Shown here: positions 1 to 8,128 of the stretch, piece by piece
Layout of the letters: every line of letters starts with the position of its first letter
Position numbering within the stretch: the stretch's first letter is position 1
Assembly (NCBI GenBank): GCA_020632335.1
Contig: JACKFV010000001.1
Location: 180,001 to 212,000 of the forward strand
Reading direction: 5' to 3'
Length of the DNA stretch: 32,000 bases
From: Candidatus Saccharimonadota bacterium
GTDB taxonomy: Bacteria > Patescibacteriota > Gracilibacteria > UBA4473
Translations under genes and position numbers: made by a program
The notes under the pieces: generated by a model
The model's input: only the letters and a program-made list of their open reading frames with translations
Databases searched by the model: none
Told to the model about the DNA's origin: nothing

Positions 1-5
1 GCCTT

Positions 6-1139
6 ATGGGCTATCTCAGTTTTCAGCTAGGAGAGGCGTGGGCCATGCTAACCTTTGGGGTCCTCGGGCTGCTGCTCATCACCAGTCATATCCTCAAGGC
101 GATGAAGATAGCCGACCTGGGGATTACCGGTGTCATAGCGGCGCTCCTGCTCTTCTTGGTAGGGATGCTCTGTGCCCAGGGGTCGCTCTTGATTGCCTTC
201 TTGGCAACGATGCTGCTCTCGCTTTTAGACGGTTACCGGAAAGAAGTCTATCATTTTGCAGACACCCTCACCATCACAGAGTGGCAGTCTGCACTGCACC
301 TGCTGTTGCTCTCTGGGGTTTTGTTGCCCTTCCTTCCCATAGAACCCCTAGACCCCTGGGGGGTTGTGAGTTTGCGGTCGCTCTGGCTTTTGGTGCTGTT
401 CATACTGGGTATTGATTTTATTGGCTACTTTTTGGCCAAGTACATCGGCAACAGCAAGAGCATTTTTATGGTATCCCTCTTGGGTGCTATGGTGAGTAGT
501 ACCGCGGTAACCACGAGCCTCTCCCTCCAGTCGCAGCTTGCCCCAGTGGGGACTGAGCGGCTCTTTGCCGGAGGGATACTCCTGGGAACTATGGTCATGC
601 AGCTACGAGTCATGGCAGAAATACTGGTCCTCGCTCCAGAAGCACAAAAGCTCTCTCTAGCGCTTATCCCGCTCTGTATGGCTGTGGGGAGTGCTCTGGC
701 GGTACTCTGGATTACCTATGGGAAGCATAATACCTCCCCCCCTATAGACGAAGAATCCCTGACCCCCACGGTCTCGGTACAGTCTCCCTTTCGTATCCTG
801 CCGGCGCTGCTCTTTGGCGGTATCTTTGCGGGCATACTGCTCGCACTGTATTTTGCACAACGCTTCTTTGGAGAGCAAGGGGTATATGCAACCGCTTTTC
901 TCTCCGGGATGGTAGATATTGACGCTATTGTCCTCTCTGCCCTGGAGCAATTGCGTAATGGGATTATGTCTCCGCACATCGCCTCCTCCTCTGTACTCAT
1001 TGCTCTTGCCGTCAATACCGGGATAAAAGTGGTCTATACCTTCCTCTTAGGCCACCGGCGCACAGCGCTTTGGGTACTCAGTGGCATCGGTATGAGTCTG
1101 GTAGCTGGGGGCATCGGCTATGGGCTGTTTATGCTGTAG
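6..1139 (+). CDS. polytopic membrane protein, DUF4010 / MgtC-SapB-like
   Basis: 377-aa ORF made of many hydrophobic helices. The motif LLGAMVSSTAVTTSLS resembles the GGLVSSTA signature I associate with DUF4010. The ATG is 5 nt from the window edge, so the true start may lie upstream. Confidence 0.7.
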   Translation: MGYLSFQLGEAWAMLTFGVLGLLLITSHILKAMKIADLGITGVIAALLLFLVGMLCAQGSLLIAFLATMLLSLLDGYRKEVYHFADTLTITEWQSALHLLLLSGVLLPFLPIEPLDPWGVVSLRSLWLLVLFILGIDFIGYFLAKYIGNSKSIFMVSLLGAMVSSTAVTTSLSLQSQLAPVGTERLFAGGILLGTMVMQLRVMAEILVLAPEAQKLSLALIPLCMAVGSALAVLWITYGKHNTSPPIDEESLTPTVSVQSPFRILPALLFGGIFAGILLALYFAQRFFGEQGVYATAFLSGMVDIDAIVLSALEQLRNGIMSPHIASSSVLIALAVNTGIKVVYTFLLGHRRTALWVLSGIGMSLVAGGIGYGLFML

Positions 1140-1147
1140 TGATGCCG

Positions 1148-2095
1148 CTACACCCCCTGCACCTGGTAGTCAGGCGCCTGGCCATGCTGCCACTGGTGCA
1201 GCAGTCGCGCAGACTGCTCATAGAGCTGGTGGAGCGAATCATCAGCATAGAAGGCAATATGCGGCGTGGTGATGACCTGCGGGAAGGCAATGAGCGCTCT
1301 CTCCTCCGCCAGATTCGCCTCGTGCTCCAGTACGTCCAGCCCTGCGCCCCCCACCTGCCCAGACCGGAGTGCCGCCACCAGAGACGGGGTATCTATGAGC
1401 CCTCCGCGCGCGGTGTTGATGAGGATGACCCCGCGTTTCATCTGCTGGAGGGTCTGGGCGTTGATCATATGCCCGGTAGCTGGCAGCAGCGGCACATGCA
1501 GTGACAGCACATCACACTGGGGGTAGAGCTCCTCCAGACGCTCTGCGTAGGTGAAATGATAGGCCTTAGACTTCTCCTGCTGCGGCGAGACATCATAGGC
1601 CAGCACGCGCATCTGGAACCCCAGCGACGCTATACGGCACACCTGCAGGCCGATATTCCCCGTGCCCACCACCCCCAGCGTCTTGCCCCGCAGCGCCATC
1701 CCCTGCAGCCCCTGCCACGCGAACTGCCCCGCCTCCACCCGGGTATCCCCCTCACGGATATGCCGCACCAGGCTGAGCAGCAGTGCAAAGACATGCTCGG
1801 CGATGACGTAGCTGCCGTACTCGGGTATATGGCAGACCGTGATGCCCCGTGCCCTGGCGGCGGAGAGGTCGATGTGGTCATACCCCACTGAACGAGTGAC
1901 AATAAGCTCCAGATGCGGCAACTGTGCCATCACCTCGGCCGAGAGGCAGGAACTGACAAAAATGCACACCGCACGAGCAGCGCTATACCGCGGTGCCGTC
2001 TCTGCTGTGAGCGGGTCACTGGTGAGGATCGCCTCGGGCAGGAGCGCCTGGAGGGCTGGCTGGTCCGTCTCGGGCACATCAGCGATGAGCAGCAT
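1148..2095 (-). CDS. D-isomer-specific 2-hydroxyacid dehydrogenase family protein (NAD-binding)
   Basis: 315 aa. It has the Rossmann motif GKTLGVVGTGNIGLQV, the family-typical ILINTARGGLID segment, and a C-terminal TPHIAF segment with the catalytic His context. Confidence 0.9.
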   Translation of the reverse strand: MLLIADVPETDQPALQALLPEAILTSDPLTAETAPRYSAARAVCIFVSSCLSAEVMAQLPHLELIVTRSVGYDHIDLSAARARGITVCHIPEYGSYVIAEHVFALLLSLVRHIREGDTRVEAGQFAWQGLQGMALRGKTLGVVGTGNIGLQVCRIASLGFQMRVLAYDVSPQQEKSKAYHFTYAERLEELYPQCDVLSLHVPLLPATGHMINAQTLQQMKRGVILINTARGGLIDTPSLVAALRSGQVGGAGLDVLEHEANLAEERALIAFPQVITTPHIAFYADDSLHQLYEQSARLLHQWQHGQAPDYQVQGV

Positions 2096-2099
2096 CCTT

Positions 2100-2888
2100 T
2101 CAGTCTAGCACTGGCACGGCAGGCTGTCTAGTGTGCTGGGAGCCTTGCAGTGGTCGCTCTCTACCAGCAGACTGGCCAGCACTAGGGGGCATCACACTGG
2201 GGGGTGGTGGCAGTGGCCGAGAGCGCCTCACAGTGAAGCTGCGCTCCCCCGTCTGCGTGCCCATCAGCCCCACATGGGACCCCACAGCTATCTCTCGGCG
2301 CTGTAGCTCCAGCGGGTAGGTCACCTGCCATAGCGTGCCATGGGGGTCTCTTACGGTGAGGATCTCTCCCGTCACCTCGGTGATCTGCCCGTGGAGGACA
2401 CCACTCTCAGGCCGCATCCAGAGCCGTACGCGCTCCTCAGCCACCCGCGGGTAGCGCGGCATATACGCCCGCAGTGTGTTCTCCGTCAGCTCCCCCACCC
2501 CCAGCACGTAGAGGGCCCCCCCCAACAGCATCTGTGGGAGGATCACTACCCCCAGCCAGAAGAGCCCCGTATGCCGGTAGCCCCGCCCCGTGTGCCGAGC
2601 GCTATACACCGCCCACCCACCGGCAATGAGCGACCCGAGTACCCAGAGGATCGGTAGCCCGAGGAACACCGCACGCAGGCCCACAAAGGGGCTCTCTAGG
2701 AGGAAGTCCACCAGGTAGAGGTTGCGGATCAGGTGCCATACCATCGCCCAGGCCACGGCCCCCAGCGCCACCCCCAGCACCACCAGTACCCCCAGGCCTA
2801 TGGTGCGGAGCGTGAAGTACCAGGCGCTGTGCTGTGGTGCTTGCCCAGCGGTGATTTGTTTGAGGATGGTGGACTTCAGGTCAGTCAT
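2100..2888 (-). CDS. multi-pass membrane protein, putative anti-sigma factor partner of the ECF sigma
   Basis: 262 aa. Its ATG overlaps the sigma-factor stop (ATGA, 2885-2888), which implies translational coupling. It has about 4 TM helices, then a soluble beta-rich domain and a Pro-rich tail. No HxxxCxxC zinc anti-sigma motif is present, so the role is inferred from position only. Confidence 0.55.
   Translation of the reverse strand: MTDLKSTILKQITAGQAPQHSAWYFTLRTIGLGVLVVLGVALGAVAWAMVWHLIRNLYLVDFLLESPFVGLRAVFLGLPILWVLGSLIAGGWAVYSARHTGRGYRHTGLFWLGVVILPQMLLGGALYVLGVGELTENTLRAYMPRYPRVAEERVRLWMRPESGVLHGQITEVTGEILTVRDPHGTLWQVTYPLELQRREIAVGSHVGLMGTQTGERSFTVRRSRPLPPPPSVMPPSAGQSAGRERPLQGSQHTRQPAVPVLD
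2102..2130 (-). promoter_or_regulatory. putative leaderless promoter for the dehydrogenase gene (TAGACA-N17-TAGACT-N6-ATG)
   Basis: On the minus strand, the -10 TAGACT is at 2102-2107, the -35-like TAGACA is at 2125-2130, and the ATG at 2095 is 6 nt after the -10. Confidence 0.35.
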
Positions 2889-3445
2889 GCGTGGGGGGAA
2901 TAGAGCATCTCATAATGGGCAGCAAAGGCTTCTTTAGCGCGTCGCAGGCGGGTAGATACGGTACCCATGGGCAGCTGGAGCACGTCCGCGATCTCGTCGT
3001 AGGGGATGTCTTCTAGGTAGTAGAGCAGCAGTACCTCTTGGTACTCGGGCTTCAGCAGGGCGAGCACCGCACGCACCTCAGTGCTGTTCTCGGTACGCAG
3101 CACGCCCTCGTGGGGGGTGTCGGCGGGATCTGCTATCTGCAGGGTATCGGTATCCAGCACCGTCATGCGCGGGCGGGTACTCACGCGGCGGTAGTAGCTA
3201 TAGACGGCATTGCGCGTGATGCGGTAGAGCCAGGTGCTCAGCCTATAGGCCGGGTCATAGCCGTGGAGGTTCCGCCAGGCCGAGAGGAATACCTCCTGTA
3301 GCGTATCGTCTACGCTGGGGTCATCGGTCAGCCCCAGGCGGTAGATATAGCTTCGCAGTCGCCCCTCATAGGTGTCTATGATGGTCGCAAAAGCCTCGGC
3401 ATTGGCCAAGGCTTCGCGTACCATATCCTGGTCTGAAGAGGTCAT
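2885..3445 (-). CDS. RNA polymerase sigma-70 family, ECF subfamily
   Basis: 186 aa. Region 2 resembles FLSAWRNLHGYDP..STWLYRITRNAVYSYYRR. Region 4 has the helix-turn-helix YQEVLLLYYLEDIPYDEIADVLQLPMGTVSTRLRRAKEAF. Confidence 0.92.
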   Translation of the reverse strand: MTSSDQDMVREALANAEAFATIIDTYEGRLRSYIYRLGLTDDPSVDDTLQEVFLSAWRNLHGYDPAYRLSTWLYRITRNAVYSYYRRVSTRPRMTVLDTDTLQIADPADTPHEGVLRTENSTEVRAVLALLKPEYQEVLLLYYLEDIPYDEIADVLQLPMGTVSTRLRRAKEAFAAHYEMLYSPHA

Positions 3446-3456
3446 ACTGCCCGAGA

Positions 3457-4227
3457 TTACTTCGCATCTTTGGTTCGTCCAGCATCGTCCTCTTCCCCAT
3501 GTCCGCGTCGGCCAAAGAGCTGCCCTTCGGCTACCTCAGCGTGGTCACCCTCGCCATGGCCGCGGTGCATCCCTGGGTGCATGCCCTTGGGGCCTCGCTC
3601 ACCCCCGGGCATACCACCGAAGAATCCTTTGCCGTCAGCGGCGTGGTCTTGCAGGCGGCTGAGGGTATCCGCGTCGTCAGTTGTCATGGTGATGCGCACG
3701 CCGTTGCTGATGTTCTCCTTGGTACGGGTGATACTCTCGTTCTCCCCTCGGGGGCCGCGAGCCTCTTTACCGGCATGCATATCATCGCTCTGCAGCAGGG
3801 CTACCGCGTCAGGGTTATCAGACGTCATGGTCATCACCACGCCGTTGCTGGTCACCTCTGTGGTGCGAGTGATGGTCTTTTGCAGCTCCATCTGCGCCTC
3901 TCGCGCTTGCATCTGGGTCATGCGGTCTTGGATCTTCGCCACCGTATCCGCGTCGCTAGACGTCTCGGTGATGGTGTAGCCGGTGGCGGTTTTCACCACA
4001 TTCCGGGTGATGTTGCTGTCCTGAGGGGTGCGGTCTTGCATTCGCTCCTGCAGGTGCTCGAGGCGCGCCAGAACGTCAGCATCCGTGGTGGTGAGGGTGG
4101 TTTGTCCTCCGTTAGGGAGGAGGGTCATCGTACGAGTGACCGCATCGTCACCCATCATGTGCCCGCCGAAGGCAGCCGCAGAGGCCGCGGTAAGGGCTAT
4201 GGCACCGGTAAGCAGTGTTTTGTTCAT
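3457..4227 (-). CDS. secreted repeat protein (4 x ~45-aa ITRT..NG..T.T.DDAD..L units) with a His/Met/Gly-rich C-terminal tail
   Basis: Start chosen at the internal ATG 4227 (MNKTLLTGAIALTAASAAAFGG, a Sec-type signal peptide). The track's 4338 start would run through the putative promoter. Four internal repeats are readable in the translation. The gene lies 11 nt upstream of the ECF sigma gene. Confidence 0.75.
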   Translation of the reverse strand: MNKTLLTGAIALTAASAAAFGGHMMGDDAVTRTMTLLPNGGQTTLTTTDADVLARLEHLQERMQDRTPQDSNITRNVVKTATGYTITETSSDADTVAKIQDRMTQMQAREAQMELQKTITRTTEVTSNGVVMTMTSDNPDAVALLQSDDMHAGKEARGPRGENESITRTKENISNGVRITMTTDDADTLSRLQDHAADGKGFFGGMPGGERGPKGMHPGMHRGHGEGDHAEVAEGQLFGRRGHGEEDDAGRTKDAK

Positions 4228-4289
4228 CGTAAGGAAATAAAGAAGAAGAAGGAACGGAGGGAGATCTCGTGCCTCGGTTCGCTCTTGTA

Positions 4290-4315
4290 TACGCGGGGAG
4301 AGGCGCTCTGTTTCA
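4290..4315 (-). promoter_or_regulatory. putative ECF-type promoter TGAAAC-N16-CGTA
   Basis: On the minus strand, TGAAAC is at 4310-4315 and CGTA at 4290-4293, with a 16-nt spacer. This matches the published Bacillus SigW-type consensus TGAAAC-N16-CGTA. It sits about 60 nt upstream of the repeat-protein ATG. Confidence 0.45.
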
Positions 4316-4344
4316 CAAAAGGAGTAAAAAGACAGCACGCCGCT

Positions 4345-4527
4345 CTAGGACTGCTTTTGCTGTGGCTGCTCTGGCGTCATATCCAGTGACACCAGCCGGT
4401 GCAGCACCGCCCTGTGCGCCTGCCGCACACTCTCTGAATGCCGCCCCAGAGACTCTATCAGGTAGAGCAGACTCTGCACCTGCAGCAGCAGCTCGCGTTC
4501 TACACGGTGGGGGGAGGGCATGGTCAT
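4345..4527 (-). CDS. small hypothetical helical protein (60 aa)
   Basis: The frame has strong G/C third-position bias like the neighbouring genes. A TTGCGT-N16-TATAGT promoter precedes it, with the -10 ending 6 nt before the ATG. I recognise no motif. Confidence 0.45.
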   Translation of the reverse strand: MTMPSPHRVERELLLQVQSLLYLIESLGRHSESVRQAHRAVLHRLVSLDMTPEQPQQKQS

Positions 4528-4533
4528 AGCCCC

Positions 4534-4561
4534 ACTATAGCGAGAAAGAATTTACACGCAA
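4534..4561 (-). promoter_or_regulatory. putative sigma-70-type promoter TTGCGT-N16-TATAGT (leaderless onto ATG 4527)
   Basis: On the minus strand, the -35 is at 4556-4561, the -10 at 4534-4539, and the ATG follows after 6 nt. Confidence 0.45.
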
Positions 4562-4588
4562 CCGGTAAATGTAAAGGTAGTGTAAATA

Positions 4589-5311
4589 CTACCATTCTGC
4601 CCCCAGAGAGATCTCGTCTACGTCCTCTACCTCATTTACTCGGTCGAGGAACTTCTCGATCTTCTCTATGACTGCTGCATCGCTGAGCTGCTGGGGGTCC
4701 TTAGCGCGGTAGACGTGAGTAGATTTACTCACCGTAACGCCCTGCGCTTGCAGCGCCGTCTCCACTGCAGAGAGCTCGGTGAAGGCGGTGATGAGCAGGC
4801 TCTCCTCCGCGTCATAGACGATGTCCTCAGCCCCTGCGTCCAGCGCGAGCTCCAGCACGGCGTCCTCGCTGCGGCCATCAGTGGGGAGGGTAATGACGCC
4901 CACATGGTCAAACATATACCCCACACTGCCCGACTGCCCCAGCGTCCCCCCAGCCTTGCCAAAGGCCAAGCGAAGCTCGGGGAAGGTGCGGTTGACGTTC
5001 TCGGTGATGGCGCTGACCATCACGGGGATCCCCCCTGGCGCGTAGCCCTCGTAGAGCATTTCTTGGTACTCGGCGCCGTCCTTGCCCTCGCCGCTGAGCT
5101 TCTTGAGTATCCGCGTGATGTTGTCGTTCGGCACGTTGTCAGCCTTGGCATTTTGTATAGCGCTTCGGAGGGTGGGGTTACTCTCGGGGTTTGGGTCGGT
5201 CTTGCCGGCCATCATCAGTAGCTTGGAGTGCCGGCTGAGGATTTTATTCTTCTGCGCGTCTACCGCGGCTTTCCGGTGGCGGATATTCGCCCATTTACTA
5301 TGACCAGCCAT
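4589..5311 (-). CDS. yebC: YebC/PmpR family DNA-binding transcriptional regulator
   Basis: Start set at the internal ATG 5311, giving the family-typical N-terminus MAGHSKWANIRHRKAAVDAQK. The product is 240 aa. The 40 upstream codons in the track overlap the trxA divergent promoter region. Confidence 0.92.
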   Translation of the reverse strand: MAGHSKWANIRHRKAAVDAQKNKILSRHSKLLMMAGKTDPNPESNPTLRSAIQNAKADNVPNDNITRILKKLSGEGKDGAEYQEMLYEGYAPGGIPVMVSAITENVNRTFPELRLAFGKAGGTLGQSGSVGYMFDHVGVITLPTDGRSEDAVLELALDAGAEDIVYDAEESLLITAFTELSAVETALQAQGVTVSKSTHVYRAKDPQQLSDAAVIEKIEKFLDRVNEVEDVDEISLGAEW

Positions 5312-5333
5312 GAGGAGAGTACTAAATGTCCGC

Positions 5334-5361
5334 ACCCTACTCCGCCGAGAAACCCTGGCAA
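5334..5361 (-). promoter_or_regulatory. putative yebC promoter TTGCCA-N16-TAGGGT
   Basis: On the minus strand, the -35 is at 5356-5361 and the -10 at 5334-5339. It lies back-to-back with the trxA -35. Confidence 0.4.
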
Positions 5362-5365
5362 GTGC

Positions 5366-5393
5366 TTGCCATCTATACCGTGGGGGGTATGCT
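5366..5393 (+). promoter_or_regulatory. putative trxA promoter TTGCCA-N16-TATGCT
   Basis: The -35 is at 5366-5371 and the -10 at 5388-5393. The ATG at 5415 is 21 nt downstream of the -10. Confidence 0.4.
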
Positions 5394-5414
5394 AGGGGGG
5401 TGTAACCGCTCCTC

Positions 5415-5723
5415 ATGACCACCATTACCACCGTTGCTGACTTTAAGACAAGCGTCCTCCAGGCCGAGAAACCCGTGCTGGTGGACTTCTACGCCGACTG
5501 GTGCGGCCCCTGCCAGGCCATGATGCCCACCGTAGAAAACCTCAGCACTACCCTCAACGGCACCGCGGAAGTCTACAAAGTGAACGTCGACGAAGGCCGA
5601 GAAATAGCGCAGCAGTACGGCATCATGAGTATCCCCACCTTTATCGCCTTTAAGAACGGGAAGGAGGTGGCCCGCCACACCGGCACCAGTGACCTGGAAG
5701 GCCTGAAGCGACTGCTCGGGTAG
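5415..5723 (+). CDS. trxA: thioredoxin
   Basis: 102 aa with the WCGPC active site in the context VLVDFYADWCGPCQAM and the IPTFIAFKNGK motif. Confidence 0.95.
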   Translation: MTTITTVADFKTSVLQAEKPVLVDFYADWCGPCQAMMPTVENLSTTLNGTAEVYKVNVDEGREIAQQYGIMSIPTFIAFKNGKEVARHTGTSDLEGLKRLLG

Positions 5724-5740
5724 AGAGTTGCCAGGTAGCT

Positions 5741-6304
5741 ATGGGGAGCTATAGTAGCGCCATGGCTGATGAACTCCTCGACGTCGTGGATGAGCAGGGC
5801 ACTGTTATCGGCACCGCGATGAAGAGTGAGTGCCACCGGAACCCCGCGCTCATTCACCCTGTGGTGCACTGCTGGGTCTTCAATAGCGCAGGGCAGGTGC
5901 TCCTGCAGCAGTGCTCCCTCCAGAAGCAACTTGCCCCTGGCATGTGGGATGTCTCCGGAGGCGGGCATGTAGGCAGTGGCGAGCACCCTGATGATGCTAT
6001 CCTCCGGGAGCTAGAGGAGGAGCTGGGGGTGACCGGCGTACGGCCAATTTGGGTGACGAAGCAACTATTCCGCTACCCGACACAGACCGAGCTCACCTAT
6101 GTGTATTTTTTACTGCTGGACCGTCCAGCAGAGAGCTTCTCACTGGAAGAGGACGAGGTGAGCGCTGTGCGGTGGTATGACATCCAGACCCTTGTGGAGG
6201 CCGTTCACTCGGGAGAAATACAGTCCACATCATTCTATAGAACGCATCTCCAGGCCACGCTCCAACATATTGCGGCGCAGTACTTCCAGCTTACTCATTC
6301 CTAA
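5741..6304 (+). CDS. NUDIX hydrolase
   Basis: 187 aa. The Nudix box GGGHVGSGEHPDDAILRELEEELGV fits GX5EX7REUXEEXGU. Confidence 0.85.
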   Translation: MGSYSSAMADELLDVVDEQGTVIGTAMKSECHRNPALIHPVVHCWVFNSAGQVLLQQCSLQKQLAPGMWDVSGGGHVGSGEHPDDAILRELEEELGVTGVRPIWVTKQLFRYPTQTELTYVYFLLLDRPAESFSLEEDEVSAVRWYDIQTLVEAVHSGEIQSTSFYRTHLQATLQHIAAQYFQLTHS

Positions 6305-7372
6305 ATGCGTATAGCGGTAGGGCTCAGTGGCGGGGTAGATAGCAGCGTGGCGTTGCAGCTATTGCAGCAGCAGGGGCATGACTGCACGGCCTTCTACATG
6401 AAGAACTGGGACGAGCATGACCCCCTCTGCCCCAGCGCGGTAGATAGCGCTGATGCCCGTCTGGTGGCTGAGAAACTCGGGGTGCCCTTCTATACGCTTG
6501 ACCTCAGCAGCGCGTACCGAGAGCGGGTATTCCGCCAGTTCATCGCCTATAACCAGCGGGGGATCACCCCAAACCCGGACATCTGGTGTAATGAGTACAT
6601 CAAATTCGCGGCCTTCTGGGACGCCGTGCAGGCGCTGGGGGACTATACGCACATCGCCACGGGCCACTACGCACGGGTGAGAGAAACCCCCCAGGGCCAT
6701 GCGCTCTGCACCCCCACTGATGCGCAAAAAGACCAGACCTACTTCCTCTACCGGCTGAGCCAGAAGCAGCTCTCACGCGCGCTCTTCCCACTAGCGGAGC
6801 TCACCAAGCCCGAGGTACGACACCTGGCAGAGACCACAGGGCTCCTCACCGCCGAGAAGAAGGACAGCACGGGGATTTGCTTCATCGGCAAGCGCCACTA
6901 CCGCGACTTCATCGCCGAGCACCTGGACACGGCACAGATCCTCCCCGGCCCCCTGCAAGACCTGCGCACAGGCCAGGCAGTGGGCACGCACACGGGGCTG
7001 CCCTACTACACGCTTGGCCAGCGGAAGAACCTGCTCATTGGGGGGCTGAGTGCCTTCCGCGAGCTGCCGTGGTTTGTGGTACGGAAGGACTTTGCCAGCA
7101 ATACCCTGCTGGTGAGCCAGTACGAGGAGGACCTGCTGGAGCGGCGTGTGACGGCTACAGAGCTCCACTGGATACAAGCGCCGCCCATGGTCGGGCAGCG
7201 CTACACGGCCAAGATCCGCTACCGGAGCGACGCCGTGCCCTGCACCGTCATCAGCCTCAGCGCCGAGCAGCTGGTACTGGAGTTTACGAAGCCCGTCCGC
7301 AGCCCTACCCCTGGGCAGGCGGTAGTGCTGTATGACGGCCCTTGCGTAGTCGGCGGCGGAGAGATAGCCTAG
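6305..7372 (+). CDS. mnmA: tRNA 2-thiouridine(34) synthase MnmA
   Basis: 355 aa. It has the PP-loop RIAVGLSGGVDSSVA, plus NPDIWCN, KDQTYFL and GICFIG motifs typical of MnmA/TrmU. It starts 1 nt after the NUDIX stop. Confidence 0.93.
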   Translation: MRIAVGLSGGVDSSVALQLLQQQGHDCTAFYMKNWDEHDPLCPSAVDSADARLVAEKLGVPFYTLDLSSAYRERVFRQFIAYNQRGITPNPDIWCNEYIKFAAFWDAVQALGDYTHIATGHYARVRETPQGHALCTPTDAQKDQTYFLYRLSQKQLSRALFPLAELTKPEVRHLAETTGLLTAEKKDSTGICFIGKRHYRDFIAEHLDTAQILPGPLQDLRTGQAVGTHTGLPYYTLGQRKNLLIGGLSAFRELPWFVVRKDFASNTLLVSQYEEDLLERRVTATELHWIQAPPMVGQRYTAKIRYRSDAVPCTVISLSAEQLVLEFTKPVRSPTPGQAVVLYDGPCVVGGGEIA

Positions 7373-8061
7373 GCTGCCTCGGGGTTCAGATTCACCACCA
7401 CGCCCGGGCCCATAGTGCTATTCAGGGTCAGTTTCTTCAGGTAGAGGCCCTTCTGCCCGGCGGGTTTGGTGTCCTTCAGGGTCTGGATGAGGTACTCCAG
7501 GTTCTCCTGCAGCTGCACGTCGGTAAACGACACCTTCCCGATAACCGTATGGAGCAGGCCCGCTTTGTCATTCCGCAGCTCAAATCGCCCGCCCACCAGC
7601 GCCTTCACCGTCGTGGTCAGATCATCGGTCACGGTGCCCGCTTTGGGGCTGGGCATCAGTCCCTTCGGCCCCAGAGTACGCGCGGCTTTGGCCAGCGAGC
7701 GCATCATGTCTGGCGTGGCCACCAGCACGTCAAAGTCCGTCCACCCCCCCATAATCTTGTCGATCAGCTCCTCGCCCCCTGCTTCTACCGCGCCGGCCTG
7801 CTTAGCGTCGGCCCACTTGTCGTCTGTGGTCACTACCGCCACGCGCGCCTTTTTTCCCGTCCCGTGGGGCAGCGTCACGGTAGTCCGCAGCTGCTGGTCC
7901 GCATGACGGGGGTCAATCCCCAGGTTAAAATGCGCCTCCACCGTAGCATCAAATTTGACCGTGGTGGTTGCACGCACAATGCCAATGGCATCCGCGAGAG
8001 AGTAGCTCTGCTGAGCGTTATAGGCTTTAGCAGCGGTGGCGAGTCGTTTAGAGGTTTTCAT
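7369..8061 (-). CDS. rplA: 50S ribosomal protein L1
   Basis: 230 aa. KFDATVEAHFNLGIDPRHADQQLRTTVTLPHGTGK is the canonical L1 N-terminal region. Confidence 0.95.
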   Translation of the reverse strand: MKTSKRLATAAKAYNAQQSYSLADAIGIVRATTTVKFDATVEAHFNLGIDPRHADQQLRTTVTLPHGTGKKARVAVVTTDDKWADAKQAGAVEAGGEELIDKIMGGWTDFDVLVATPDMMRSLAKAARTLGPKGLMPSPKAGTVTDDLTTTVKALVGGRFELRNDKAGLLHTVIGKVSFTDVQLQENLEYLIQTLKDTKPAGQKGLYLKKLTLNSTMGPGVVVNLNPEAA

Positions 8062-8128
8062 GAGAGGGTATGAGTGGTACTAGCGGAGCCCAGTGGCTCC
8101 TCCCACGGAGAAATAACGAGGATGATGG

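Noticed and set aside
3499-4389. 296-aa plus-strand ORF, and the 3457..4338 N-terminal extension of the repeat protein
   Set aside because: The plus ORF is antisense to a frame with a clean signal peptide and four internal repeats. The 37-codon extension to 4338 would cross the ECF-type promoter and place the signal peptide internally.
7342-8073. 243-aa plus-strand ORF
   Set aside because: It is antisense to rplA.
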